A stretch of 64,000 nucleotides of DNA, from contig JBPGPT010000010.1 in NCBI GenBank assembly GCA_051047955.1, forward strand, positions 248,001 to 312,000, read 5' to 3'. Below, piece by piece: positions 12,610-24,800 of the stretch; position 1 is the stretch's first letter; every line of letters starts with the position of its first letter. The DNA comes from Cystobasidiomycetes sp. EMM_F5 (Eukaryota). The position numbers and the translations under genes are program-made. The notes beneath the pieces are model-generated. The model had not been told where the DNA came from. It was given only the letters and a program-made list of their open reading frames with translations, and made no database searches.

Positions 12610-13801
12610 ATGCCTTCCCAGACTGTTCTGATAACGAGCATTACTGGCTTCCTGGGTGCACAGATACTGCATGATGCTGTTGAGGCAGGATACAAGGTCG
12701 TCGCCACCGTCCGCGACCTGGGACGAGGGAAAGCTGCGGTGAAGCAGTACGCATCCAAGACTGATATTCGCCTGGTCGAATGCAAAGACCTCGTACATGG
12801 CGACCTGTCGGATGCCTTAAAAGACGTTGATGCTATCTTGCATGTCGCCAGTCCATACATTGTGACCGGCATAACAAAGTAGGTGTCGTGGTTACAAGGA
12901 TTATGGACGCAGGCTAACACTGCACGTATTCAGACCGGAAGAGCAACTCCTTCAGCCTGCCATTGAAGGAACCCTGAATGTTCTTCGTCAAGCGCAGAAA
13001 GCCGGCGTCACTCGCATAGTCATTACATCATCATTCGCTGCCATTGTCAACGCTGCTGCTGGAGGAGCCAAGCGCGATTACGTATACACAGAAAAGTAAG
13101 CAGTACGTCGCAGACCCGGACAAGGCGGCCACGGCTGATCAGCTTCGTTGGCAGAGATTGGAATCCGACGACATACGAGCAAGCCAACGACGCAGACAAG
13201 CCTGGAGCGTTCATATACGCTGCTAGCAAGAAGCTTGCCGAGAAGGCTGCATGGGAATTTGCAGAGCAACACAAGGAGATGCAAATTACAACATGGTAGG
13301 TCATTGTTGCTTCCGTCAACGATGTCCGCTCAACTACATCATAGCAATCCTCCTATGATCTACGGACCATCACTGCATTCCTTCGAGTCAGAATCATCCA
13401 TCAACACAAGCAGCAAGGCAATCTGGTCGATAGTGTCTGGGAAAACCGAATCTCTGCCTGAGGACCGCCTTCCACTGTTTTGCGATGTTCGCGACGTATC
13501 TAGAGCGCATATCCTGGCTCTGACAAAGCACGAGTCAATCGGTCAACGTGTACCACTATTTGGGGGGTCCTTCGTTTGGGCGGACGCTGTGCAGTACTTG
13601 CAAAAGGAGCGCCCAGAACTGGCAACGCGGCTGCCCAGGATGGACCCGTCTGCTCCTGCATACGGTCCGATGGCATCGATAGATACATCGGTTGCTCGGG
13701 AGAAGCTCGGCATGAACTCCTTCATCGGATGGCAGAAGACATTGTTGGACACTGTCGATGATTTGCTAGAGCAGGAGAAGAATGGCTGGAAGCGGCATTG
13801 A
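12610..13801 (+). CDS. NAD(P)-dependent extended SDR; aldehyde/methylglyoxal reductase (GRE2/ARI1-like)
   Basis: ITSITGFLG Rossmann motif; HVASP; PAIEGTLNVL; ITSSFAA; YAASK (YxxxK); NPPMIYGP; DVRDV. Confidence 0.9.
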
Positions 13802-14071
13802 GTTCAGCAGTATTTCAGTATACATTCTGCATAACATAGAGCAGATCAAGCACAGAGTGTCAATACCAAAATATAGATTGTGCCAAAGTTTTCCGCCGTT
13901 CCCCCGTTCTTGTTGCTGATGACTTGTTGAAAGAAGGTTCAAAGAAGTCGGACAATAACGTAATCCTGCAACGCGAGCTCGGCCTGCTCCACCATTTACT
14001 GGCCTCGTTGCGGCTAGACTGGCGCTGCGGGTCGGCGGCCTCAGGTCTTTGAACGCTGCCCACTGCCCAGC

Positions 14072-17000
14072 ATGGCATACTATGTCGGCGACCCGTTGAG
14101 TGCCGGACTCTTCGAGTTGACGTCAAACGGTTTGCTCGTTGACACAAACAACGTCGGTGACCCATCTGGCTTTCTAGGGGACGCTCCTGCGTCTGCCGTC
14201 AATGCTGCACCTTTTCCAGAGCCATTCCCGCAAACGGCTGGAATGCCATCCATGCCTGCTTTACCGACTATGCACCACTTCACAGCGCTTGGACAGCAAC
14301 ATCAAATGATGAATCATTCGCAGTTTCATCACAAGCATCTATTGTCAGCTTTGCAGCCGAGTCCGGATACCCCAGCTTCAGCTTCCGAAGCTGCAGCCTC
14401 GCCAGAGCCGACGTCTAGCAGCAAGAAGAGCTCACGCAGGGACAAGAAGGGCACCAAGCGCCCTAGACCGACATTATCATGCACTGAATGCGTCAGACGG
14501 AAAAGCAAGGTCGGCATACTTCGTGGCTAACGCATAATGCACAGGAGTAGATGCTAATCAACACATCACATCGATTCAAACAGTGTGACAGGACTATACC
14601 ATGCGCGACATGCATTAAACGTGGCACTCCCGACAGATGCCGCGTTGACGACGATGAACAACGACCACATCAGCCTTTTGCTCAGGCAAGAGATCTAGAC
14701 AACGTCAAGGATCGCATAGCACGACTCGAGGCTTTGCTCATGTCGATAGCCCCGGAGCAAGCCAAGCGATATATTGACCTGGAGCTGTCCGGCGAAGGTG
14801 GTCCGTCGACCCTATTACACGGTCGAGACGGTTCGAGCGATGAAGAAGAAGGGAATGAGGAAGGCGGGGAAGCGGAGAAGGCCGCATTCGCCCTTGAGAG
14901 CATTGCCGTCGCCGGAAGGGGATCTAGCAATTTGCAAGCAGATGGAGTCTCACATCTGCCTGAACCCCTTGCTTTGACAAATCAAGCTAGAATCAGGGAA
15001 GACCGCCTACGACAGCAAGAGATTGATTTTCTGATGGAGGCGTTACCGATATGGTCGCAATCTCGTTCACTCGTCGATGCGTTCTTCATCAAAGTCTCAT
15101 GGCAAAATCATGTCAGTCAAACCAGATAAATTCCGCATGGCTTTCGTTCGCTCAGACTCTAACGTTCTACGTTTTCGTCCTAGATCATACACGCCCCCAC
15201 ATACGAAGCGCAATTTGCTGCTCTGCACGAACTTATCGATCAGCGAAGGATGTCCGAAATTGATACCGCTTGGCTTAGCTTGCATTTCATGGTCCTCGCT
15301 TGCGGCCTCTTCTTCTCGCCCGAACGTACAGACCTTTCTCCGGCTCAGCAACTAGAGCAGACGAATACTTGGGTTCTGTGTTCGCAACGGGCACTGACCG
15401 TTGCCGACTGGTCTGGTCGGCCTCAACTTACCTGCATACAAGCAGTTGTTCTGTTCCCGATGATCCTGATGCACACAGGCGGCATCAAGCGTCTAGCTTC
15501 ATGGATAGCAGCCGCATTGAGAATGGCTCAGCTACTGGATCTGCACAAGATAGACGATAGGTCGAGGATGAGCCTACCTGGTCCCTCTGCCAACCTGACA
15601 CCTGTTGAACGCGAAGTGGGAAAGCGTAAGTATGACTGACCTGGTCGAAAATTGAATTGACTGAGACTCCTCTCACAATTATCGCAGGCGTATATTTTGC
15701 ACTGACGCACGGAGAAGTGAATTTTGCCTCGCGATGGCTTGGCCTAGACCAGTCATCGAGTCCTACTCGTAAGTATACGGAAGCCCTCGAAAAGCAGAGG
15801 GACGCAATTGCTGATCGCGCCTGCAAAATATGCGTAGATTCACAAGTCCCTAATCTCTTGAATGTCGACGATGCCGATCTGCTGGTCAACCCGCCGGTAT
15901 CAAAACCCATCGAAGTCGCAACGGCTTCGTCATTCCAAGTTTTGAGAGCAAGGGTAGGGCATCGAAGTACGCGCTCAGTGGCCTCACTGAACTTGTTATT
16001 CAGATTATGCTCGCCGATATTTCTGCGCGGTTGACCGGCAGCGATGCCAGAGTCCATAAATATGAAACCGTACTTTCTTTCGATCAACGTACTAGACAAC
16101 TCCTCGAAGAACTCCCAGCATACTTCCGGTATGATCAAACATGCAGTACAGTATGGATAATTCAAGTCTGACTAATTTTCGCAGATACAACCGCTCCGAT
16201 GATCCGGAGATCCAAGCAGTGGTAGCGAACCGCCCATACATAGCTCTACAACGATGCGTCATACTATATGGTCTTAACAACCGCTTGTTGAGAGCACATA
16301 GGCCATTTATGACGCGAGGTTATGTGGACAGCAAATATGCGTACTCCACGGCCAGCTGCATCAAGGTAAGTAAGGCTTCCATCATCAATTGAACCGGTCA
16401 TCTGACTGTCGAGACAGGCTGCCAAAGTTATCATTGCTGCTCAAAGAGCTTTGCGTGAAATCTTCCCTGCCGCAGATCGCATGTACAACTGTCTCTTGTA
16501 TTGCTTCAGCTCTGCAGTGGTATTACTCGTCGACAATTTCCATCGATTGTCCCCTTCAGAAGTCTTGTCGTCAACAGAGGAATTAGACGCTCAGCGACAC
16601 GAAGCCTACGATGTTCTTACGATGGTCAGGAGGGAGTCCAGCACAAGTACAATCGCAGCTGCCAGTGCCAAAGTCCTTGAAGGCCTTTTGAACGAAGAGG
16701 ATCAGAGACGGCAACAGCGAGGTCTTTCTGCCGCGCCTGAGGCGGTCACCCGCAGCAATACTCCTGACCACGTCGGGTCGTCCCTTCGTGCAGTGGTCGA
16801 GCGTATCGCGGGTTCAACAACCGCTCTCTCCCCGCCTTCGGCCCTCACCTCAACATCAGTATCCCCTCCAATGACGAAAGCGCCCGCGCTTCCGAATCGA
16901 TCAATTGCACCCAAGCCCAGTGGACCAGTGTTTGCAGACATGCTTTCTCTCCCCACCGTAGACTTCAACCCTGCTTCGAGCCCTGCAGGCTTCATTGGGC

Positions 17001-17182
17001 TTGGCAACACCACTCTCACACAAGAAGAAAGCGAAGATCTGCTGCGCAGCCTCGGTTTCTTTGAGGTGACGACTGGCTCCATGCCGTCTGTCAGTGGTGG
17101 AAACAGCATTCATGGTAGTAGCTTTGCCAATACTTCCATGACGCAGGATCTAGGATGGCTAGACGGCTTAGGTGAATGGTAA
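14072..17182 (+). CDS. Zn(II)2Cys6 fungal transcription factor with middle homology region
   Basis: Spliced cluster CTECVRRKSK|CDRTIPCATCIKRGTPDRC; ALRMAQLLDLH; LRAHRPF. Confidence 0.92.
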
Positions 17183-17360
17183 TGTTTAATGACTAGCAAT
17201 GGCTTGTTTGTCCCGTTGTTGTTGTTGCTAAGGGTATCGCGTCTATCATCACGTTTAAAAACGTTGCGGTCTTTGGCAAGTGGAGGAAGACGTGGGTGAC
17301 ATAGCGCCCTGTTGATGAGCTAACTACAACGAGCAGGAGGGCTGTTAGAATAAGCCTGCA

Positions 17361-18252
17361 TCATGCGAGCGTAGCGGTCGTTTGAATTGTGAGACCCTTA
17401 CTCTCCAGCTCTTGAAGCTTTGCTATTGCGGCATACTTGATCTGTGCCTTTGTCTCCTCATCCATCTCAGCCGTGTCATCGAGTCCGCGTGCTGCCAGCG
17501 ACATTGGCGGTAATTTGGCACCAGGAACAACGGCCGTTGCCAGCAGGGTCACAAAGTTCTGGCAATTGTTGGTCCGCCAATTGTACGTTTCAGGCATCGC
17601 ATTGATGGCAGCAACACCTGATTACATGCACTGTTAGCCGCGCTTCCATACATATCATAAGTTGATGCTACGTACCCGCTTCTTGTATCGCCTCATCGTT
17701 CATCGTGGTGTACCCGATTGCCAACCAGTTCCAATTGTCCCACATACTGCTCTTCTTATCTTGGTAGTATATTCGGCCACCGTCCAACGAAGTTGCTTGA
17801 AGCTGGTGGTAATAGTCGCCGACCATGAGAGCCCAGTGATACAATCGATTGGGAGCGCCACCGTCAACTATTGCTTTCGAACCGGGCAGGAAATTGAGCA
17901 CGCCGTCGGTGAGTATTGAGACGGCAGGGCCCCCGACCATTCTTGACACGATATAGACGGGCCTCGCTGTACTGTTATAATCCGCCGTACCCTTGATGGC
18001 AAGGTCGTTTGGCAAACGCGCGTCCCTCTGAGGAGATATTATGAAGATTAGAGATGAACCGGTAAATGGCTGTTTGCAGTGTCATGCTGACCTTCTCGGC
18101 GAGACCTTTCTTGGCAAAGCGGACGTGACTGAGCCTGAGATTAGTGACGGCTGGCGGCTTTGCGATAACTACTGCAATTACCTGTTAGGTGACTGTGCCC
18201 AGCACAAAGCAAAAAACCACGCCAGCGTGGTGAAAAGCAAAGATTTATGCAT
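17361..18252 (-). CDS. Secreted PPPDE/permuted papain-like domain protein, 4 exons
   Basis: Spliced model MHKSLLFTTLAWFFALCWAQSPNR|LSHVRFAKKGLAEK|RDARLPND...LYHWALMVG...|...YNWRTNNCQNFV; His then NC-Cys order. Confidence 0.65.
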
Positions 18253-18822
18253 AGTGAGGTGAGAAATGCGAAAGTTGGAAAAGGTTATATGAACAGCAAA
18301 GAGAGGACTGGATGTGAATCACCACATTTTGAGGCTGAAAGACTGCACTGCACTGGTCTTGGTTCCTTTCCCTGTCCCTCGCTTTTGGTATTCGATGTTG
18401 CCCGATGCGTCAGCTTCCCCGCCTAAAGTGGAAGGCATCCCCAAAACCAGTCGCGTTGTGCAGCACCGCTTATGCCGGCACTCCTTCTCTTGTCAGAGCA
18501 CAGCGCGTCCAACCATGGCCTGATGCTGCGCTTTGGCATGGCAATGTTTTTGGCCGATTCACGGAGCCTAAGACGGCTTCGGCATATAAGGAGGATGAGA
18601 GACGGTGATCAACGCCCGCGGTGGACAGATGGACGATGCAGTATCGAGCCATGCAGGTATTGGACCGCTATCATGTCCTGTACGTGATTGATGTGGGTCG
18701 AAAAATGTTGATGATTTGAATCATGAATCACGGAAACAAAGTCAAGATTCGTATGTTGCATTTGATTGTGAATACTCGCTACATGACGCAGAATAACAGG
18801 ACATCACATCAGGCTATACGGT

Positions 18823-20789
18823 TTATGCACTTGAGTATCGGCTAATCTTCGCAAAGATTCGGAACAGTGACACTATAAGGACCATCACGTAGAGTCTGCA
18901 CATTGAAAAGGAGTTAGTACTGAGTGTGTCATGCGCTCTGCATATGGCTCACATAAGGCCGACAAAAACGAGTGCAATGAGTGCGACCTGGCTGCCGCAG
19001 AGCTGCGTTGCAAGGGAGCCTTCGGCGGACGAAGCTCCGATTGCAACATTATTGTACCGCGAGTTAGGCGTGTAAGCAGTACATCCAGCCGTAGACGTGA
19101 AGACATCATCGAAAGCAAGTGATAAGAGTGCCGACCAGAGACATCTGGAATGGCCCGTGAGCGGGCTGATTTCCAAAATCAGGCTCAAATACCTACATGA
19201 ACAGAAGCTCCACCAAGGTATAGTACATTTTCGAGCGGACTTTCCAGACGCCTATAGGCGATCCAAAATATTCGACCTGCAAAACAATATCTGTCAGCTT
19301 TGGCAACGTGGCTATGATGTGTGTCAACCCACATAGACATTGACAAAGATGTGTACTATACTAAGAGGTCCAACGACCACGCCGAATATAGTACTTGAGC
19401 CCAGTATACCGTACACGTTATTTTGTAGAGTGAGTTGTCGTATATGCTGCGGGATGTTGATGTTAGTAGCGAACTGGCCATATTAGTTCGGATACATACG
19501 ATAGCGACTGCCAGTTCGGAAATGGTAAAGGCCAGGTTGGCTATACGTAGAAACAAAGGTGCAAAGGCCGACCGGACGAGCCACTTCTGAAATCTACCCA
19601 ATCTCGTACTCTTCTTCTTCTGTTCCTGCCCAAAGTGACTGATACCAAGGCCTTCCATGGCCAGGGCCCCAAAGCTGTTTTGACGATGCGTTCCAGCAGT
19701 ACCTGGGTTCCAAGGACTCGCCCAACCTGGTGTCTGAGCCTGATTTGCCGAAATGACGTCTGCTCCGTGCCCGTGCTGACGCCGACTGCTACCGCTTCCT
19801 TCTCGATCTTCTCCACGAGACGTGCGTCTGCTTGTCGTCTTTGGTTTTCGTCGCTGTCCGGAACCAGAACGACCTTCTTCAGCGTCATTGATAAAGTCAC
19901 CCGTCCTCCTGCGCTTGTTACTTCTTCGGGTATGTCGCCTAGTGGAGAAATAGTCTCCGGCATCATTGCGGTCACTGTCATCGGAGTTGGAACTTTCGTC
20001 TGCATTGGCTGCCTCTTCCCGCTCGCGACGTTCTTCCTCCTTGGCACGCTGAGCCATGTATTCGTCGAAGCGCTTCTTGTACCGCGTAGGTAGCGTGAAA
20101 GCCATCCATCGCGACGGATCATTCGATGCCATCCGCTCAACGCTAGGCCTTGGATTAATTGCTTGATTGCTGGGCTGACTTCCCGGCTGATTCAGATTGT
20201 CCTGCTCGGTCTTCTCCTTCTGTTTGCCTTTCTCGCCATTGGCTTCGGTACTTTCAGCATTGTGCTTCTCGTTGTTAGCCGCACCATCCTCCACGGCTGT
20301 AGCAGTGCTCGACGATAGCTGAGAACTTTGTCCATCACCTGGAACTCCCCCGCGTGTCGGGGATGCGTATGCACTGGGCTGTATGCCGGGATGGCGGCCC
20401 TTGTGAGAGCGGTCATTATGGGCCGAGCCGGTGTTGCTTCCAACGGTACTACTTCTCGCCCGTCTCTCAAAGTCGAGGTCATCTCTTGCGGCATATGCTA
20501 TCCAACACAACAAGCGCGTAATCAGCCAAAGGCGATACGAACATAAATTACCAAACTCACGAGGGCGTGTCACGACTATTCTGCTGACCCGATTGCCAAC
20601 GCTGACGTGGTCTCGTCGACGCTCGCTGCCGGTCTGTATATTGGGCAGTTGCTGTCGACCCTTGTCTCCAGACGGGCTGACACTCCTGCTTGGACTGCCA
20701 ATGCTCTGCGAAATTGACCCGCGGTGCTGTCCTTTTGCCGCCCTTGGGCTGGACGGCCCAGCTTCACCATCAGCCTCGGACATGGTCAT
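18823..20789 (-). CDS. SRF1-like membrane protein (regulator of phospholipase D family)
   Basis: Long disordered N-terminus; QTPGWASPW; FAPLFLRIANL; VEYFGSPIGVW; four hydrophobic helices; ends SLFRIFAKISRYSSA*. Confidence 0.75.
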
Positions 20790-21044
20790 TGTAGACAGAC
20801 ACTTCTGCTATCTCTTCATGGTGATGCGGGTAACAAAACGATGAAAACAGGCGCAACTGTCACTTCTGACGTTTGCTGCAGACGACCAGTGATCGAAAAG
20901 GCTGGGCAACAAGCAATTCGCAGATGAAGCTACGTTTGGCTTGCACCACTTTGCGGACACTAATGTAGTTCTGAGGCTCATGCTGAAATTTGAGGCCTTC
21001 CCGTATTCTGCAAGCTTGGTATCACACAAGCTCAAATATCGGCT

Positions 21045-21503
21045 TCAAGCATGACGGAAATAGTGCAAGCCACCCCAGTTGACGATAACGAATACCAGAC
21101 CAGACGGAATTAGTAGGAATATCAAATACTTGTAATGCTGGTCGCGGTGAAGGAAACTCTGGCTCATCTGAGAATGTTTGTGTTATTTCGAAATGGACCA
21201 CGCGTAAATGAATGTCGCGCTCACTGCTTTGCCTGGGTTACTTTCATCGTGCGAGAAGAGCAGCAAATACACTCCGCCAAAGAATAGCAGGACTGATCCC
21301 GCTAGCAAGCTGATGCCAGTGTAGAGCAGTCTGTTCTTGTCCAGAGAAACCGGTCTCGGTGGATGTCGCGCTGAGACTTCCGACTGCTTGGCTATGAATG
21401 CCGATGTCGCTGTACCACGAGTGCGATTAGCTCTACTGTCTGGCGTTGAAAGAAACTTGTTTGCGCGCACAGTAAGTTTCGATGCCTCGCAAACGGGCAG
21501 CAT
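21045..21503 (-). CDS. PIG-Y/Eri1-like GPI-GlcNAc transferase subunit (start uncertain)
   Basis: TM segment GISLLAGSVLLFFGG and last exon RDQHYKYLIFLLIPSGLVFVIVNWGGLHYFRHA*, matching the PIG-Y pattern. Confidence 0.72.
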
Positions 21504-21872
21504 CACTTTCGTCAGACTTCAGTGTACTGGAAGCCGGGGAACCGCGTCTACGCGACAATAGATTTGCTTCGGCGTGACCCAGAATCCTACGTTGCGTAAG
21601 GACAGCTGTCATAGGTGTTTACGGACGTGCTCATTGGTCCTGCAGGCGTTGAATTGCGCTCCAGGTTGGTCTTGCGTTGACTCCGTGCAGCAAGTTGCTT
21701 CCATCAACGCACACACATGATTATCTGGACAGCGAGCTCGAGTTTGACAGAAGAGCAGCGAAGTTTTGCGACTGCGCCAAGTGGAAACGAAGCAGACCGA
21801 CGAGTCTTCACCGACGACCCGTCATTGCGGTGATCTGGTGCTACGGCCTCCAAGCCGTCTGAATTCTCAGCC

Positions 21873-24800
21873 ATGGCGCCTAAAAAGAAGGTGTGCTACA
21901 TCCTGAAGCCTTTATCCACTCGTCCAGCTGATTTAACTCGAAACAGGTCAAGAGCATCCAGCGAGGATTTGCCACTACTTCGACTATCAAAAAGAAGGAA
22001 GAGGTTCAGGACACGACGCCTGACGTTGCAGCTTCAAATAATCTATCGTCCCCATCTCTGATCCCCAACGCAGAGACCTCGCACTCGGATTCGAGCCAAA
22101 CAATATCAATAATTGCACTACCAAACAAGACTGCTGACAGCGGAAATGCTTGGGATGCAAGCGAAGAAGAACGACAAAGAGAGGATAATCAAGCTCTATC
22201 GGATCGCATCAAGGCTGCCGCTGACAAGGAAGCCAGCAAGACCTTCAAGATTATCGATTATGAGAAGCGTGTCGCTGCGACTTATCCAGAATTTACTTGG
22301 GATGACCCGACAGACATTGTGCGTTTAGGCCGCACCTGATCTATGTCCATTTTGTGCTGATGACTCATATACAGTGTGGTCGAGCCATCGACCTTGCGAT
22401 CAAGGAAGACAATCAAGCACCGCTTGTGGGGGTTGCCGACACTTATGTGAAGCTCCTCATACGCATAGCCAACATTCACATTGTTCTGGAAAAGCTTGGG
22501 TTCACGACTGCTCAGATACAGGAATGTCTGACTCGTGTGCCAGCTCTTGAGCTGGAGGATGCGACTAACTGGGTGAGTGGAGCAAGGAGTGAAGGTTGAC
22601 ATCTACTAAGTGTACTTGTCAGCTTTACTTACGGTATCGTCCGAATGCATCTGCAGAGCTTGAAGCAGAGGACTCGCTCAAACCGTACGGCCTTGGCCAT
22701 TGGGACGAAGTTAAGCTATCACTGCCTGACCCGATTCGCCCGAAGCCAGCAGCAACCCCCATAGAGTCGCTTCTCCCGGACTCTGGATTGAAGGCTTCCG
22801 CGAAGGGCACAACAAGTGATCTAATGGACCCGAAATCCGATGGTATAGGCGCTCAGACCATCGACACGCCATCAACACCGCGACTATTGGCTTATCAAAA
22901 TAATGAAGGCGACTCGAGCGACGACGAGAATGGGAGGTCTAGTCAAAATCTACTTCATAGTGACGAAACTATCGGGAACCAATCAACTGATCAGCAAGCT
23001 ACAAATGGCTTAATTTCTGAAGATGACATCGCCGAAGATCCTGATAGCGCCTATGTCAAGGTCAAGTTACGGCTTACTACGCTGCAGAGAAGGCTAGGTC
23101 TCATCGCTGGCAAATCTGCAAAGAAGGGAAACAAACTGAAAGCTGGTATACCCTTGCCCGCCAGGAGCAGAACAGCGGAAGATGATGAAGTGGATAAGCT
23201 TGAAGTACAAATGAAGCAGAGTTCGTACATGTACTTATGTACGGCGGGAAAACGACTGACGACATCTATCCAGTCCGGGCAATGTATACTTTTAACCCGA
23301 AGAGAGCCGAAGCAGCCTACGCTGAAGAACGGTCCAAACTCGATAAGGCGGAGCTAGCTAGCAGATTGGCTGAAAAAGCGAAACAAAGAATGGCTCTTGC
23401 AGCATCTTTGTCAGATCAACCCCTTGAAACTCCTCAGAAAGATTCTTCCATCCAGGCAGAAACGCCATCGCACAATGGGACCACATCTACAGGGGAGTCG
23501 AACGGTATTGATACTTTATTCGGTGACATGCTCGAGGACGATTCCGCTAATACCGGTCAGGAGGATGCTAGCCCGCTGCTCAGCTCCAGCGGGTCGGTTA
23601 TTATAATCAGAAGCATGCCTTTACCGAAAGGCTACACGGGAAAGACTCCGCGTTCATTGCTCGACGATGCGATCCGACGCCTCGACAAATATGCGAAGGC
23701 GACTTACAGGGTTCTCGCACGTGGGCGAGCTGTTAGAGCCGTTGTAACGCTTCGCTGGGAAGCGTCTGGAAAAGTCGAGCAGTACGGGATGGAAGAGGAA
23801 GCCTGTGACAACCAAGATCAGGCGTTTCAATACGTCGCAACCTTGGCCCTTTTTGCCGTTTCAGGGGACAGCGGAGTGCATCGGATGCTGCCAGCGGTAT
23901 TTCGCGATTTATGGGATGAACTGAGCAAGCGAAGGATAGACGCAGACATCGCATCTTACGAGAAGCGCCTGCAGATGTTCCGAGAAATCGCAGATGCGCG
24001 TCCAGCCGTGAATAGCTCTACCGATCAGCTACCTGTAAGCGATGTGTAGAGATAGCGATGCTCGTAGCTGATTGCCACTTTATAGACCACTAGACACAGC
24101 GCGCCGCCGCCGTTCGAGGCCAGGCCCAATGGCGTCAAACCCACCGAGTTCGCAGCAGATGCTGCAGACAAGATAATGCTACAGCTTCAGGACCGTCAAG
24201 CCTCTCCTGCATATCAATCCATGCTGGTAAGTACGTTCAAGTATGTCTATTGGGCTCAGACTTGACAGGACGTTGGGCAGCCTGTGCGCCAAAGTCTTCC
24301 TATCGCATCATACCGGAATGTCATTGTGGAAACCGTTGAGAAGAACCAGGTCGTAGTCTTGTGTGGTGAAACAGGCTGGTAAGGGCCGTTCAAATGTGTG
24401 CACATAGCGAATATCAGACTAATCTCCCACAAGCGGCAAATCTACCCAAACCCCTACCATGATATTGGAGAGCGCGCTCGCCCAAGGAAAGCCAGCAAAG
24501 ATATACTGCACGGAACCACGTCGTATCTCAGCAATTTCGCTAGCGCAGCGGGTCTCGCAGGAGCTTGGCGAAAATCCTGGCGCTCTGGGTGGCCCGAACT
24601 CGTATGTCGGGTACAACATTCGATTGGAGAGTCGAGTCTCAGCATCGACGCGGTTAATATACGTCACGACGGTGCGTGGCCTGATCGCGGCATATTGATT
24701 TCTTTGGGCTCAAATCTAGTCTCAGGGTATCCTTTTAAGAATGTTAGAGAACGACACTGAGCTTGCTGATGTCACGCACGTTATCATCGATGAAGTACGT

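Noticed and set aside
13799..13833. Possible stop-codon readthrough giving a peroxisomal PTS1 on the reductase or other enzymes
   Set aside because: No TGA-CTA context and no SKL-like extension after the stop codons inspected.
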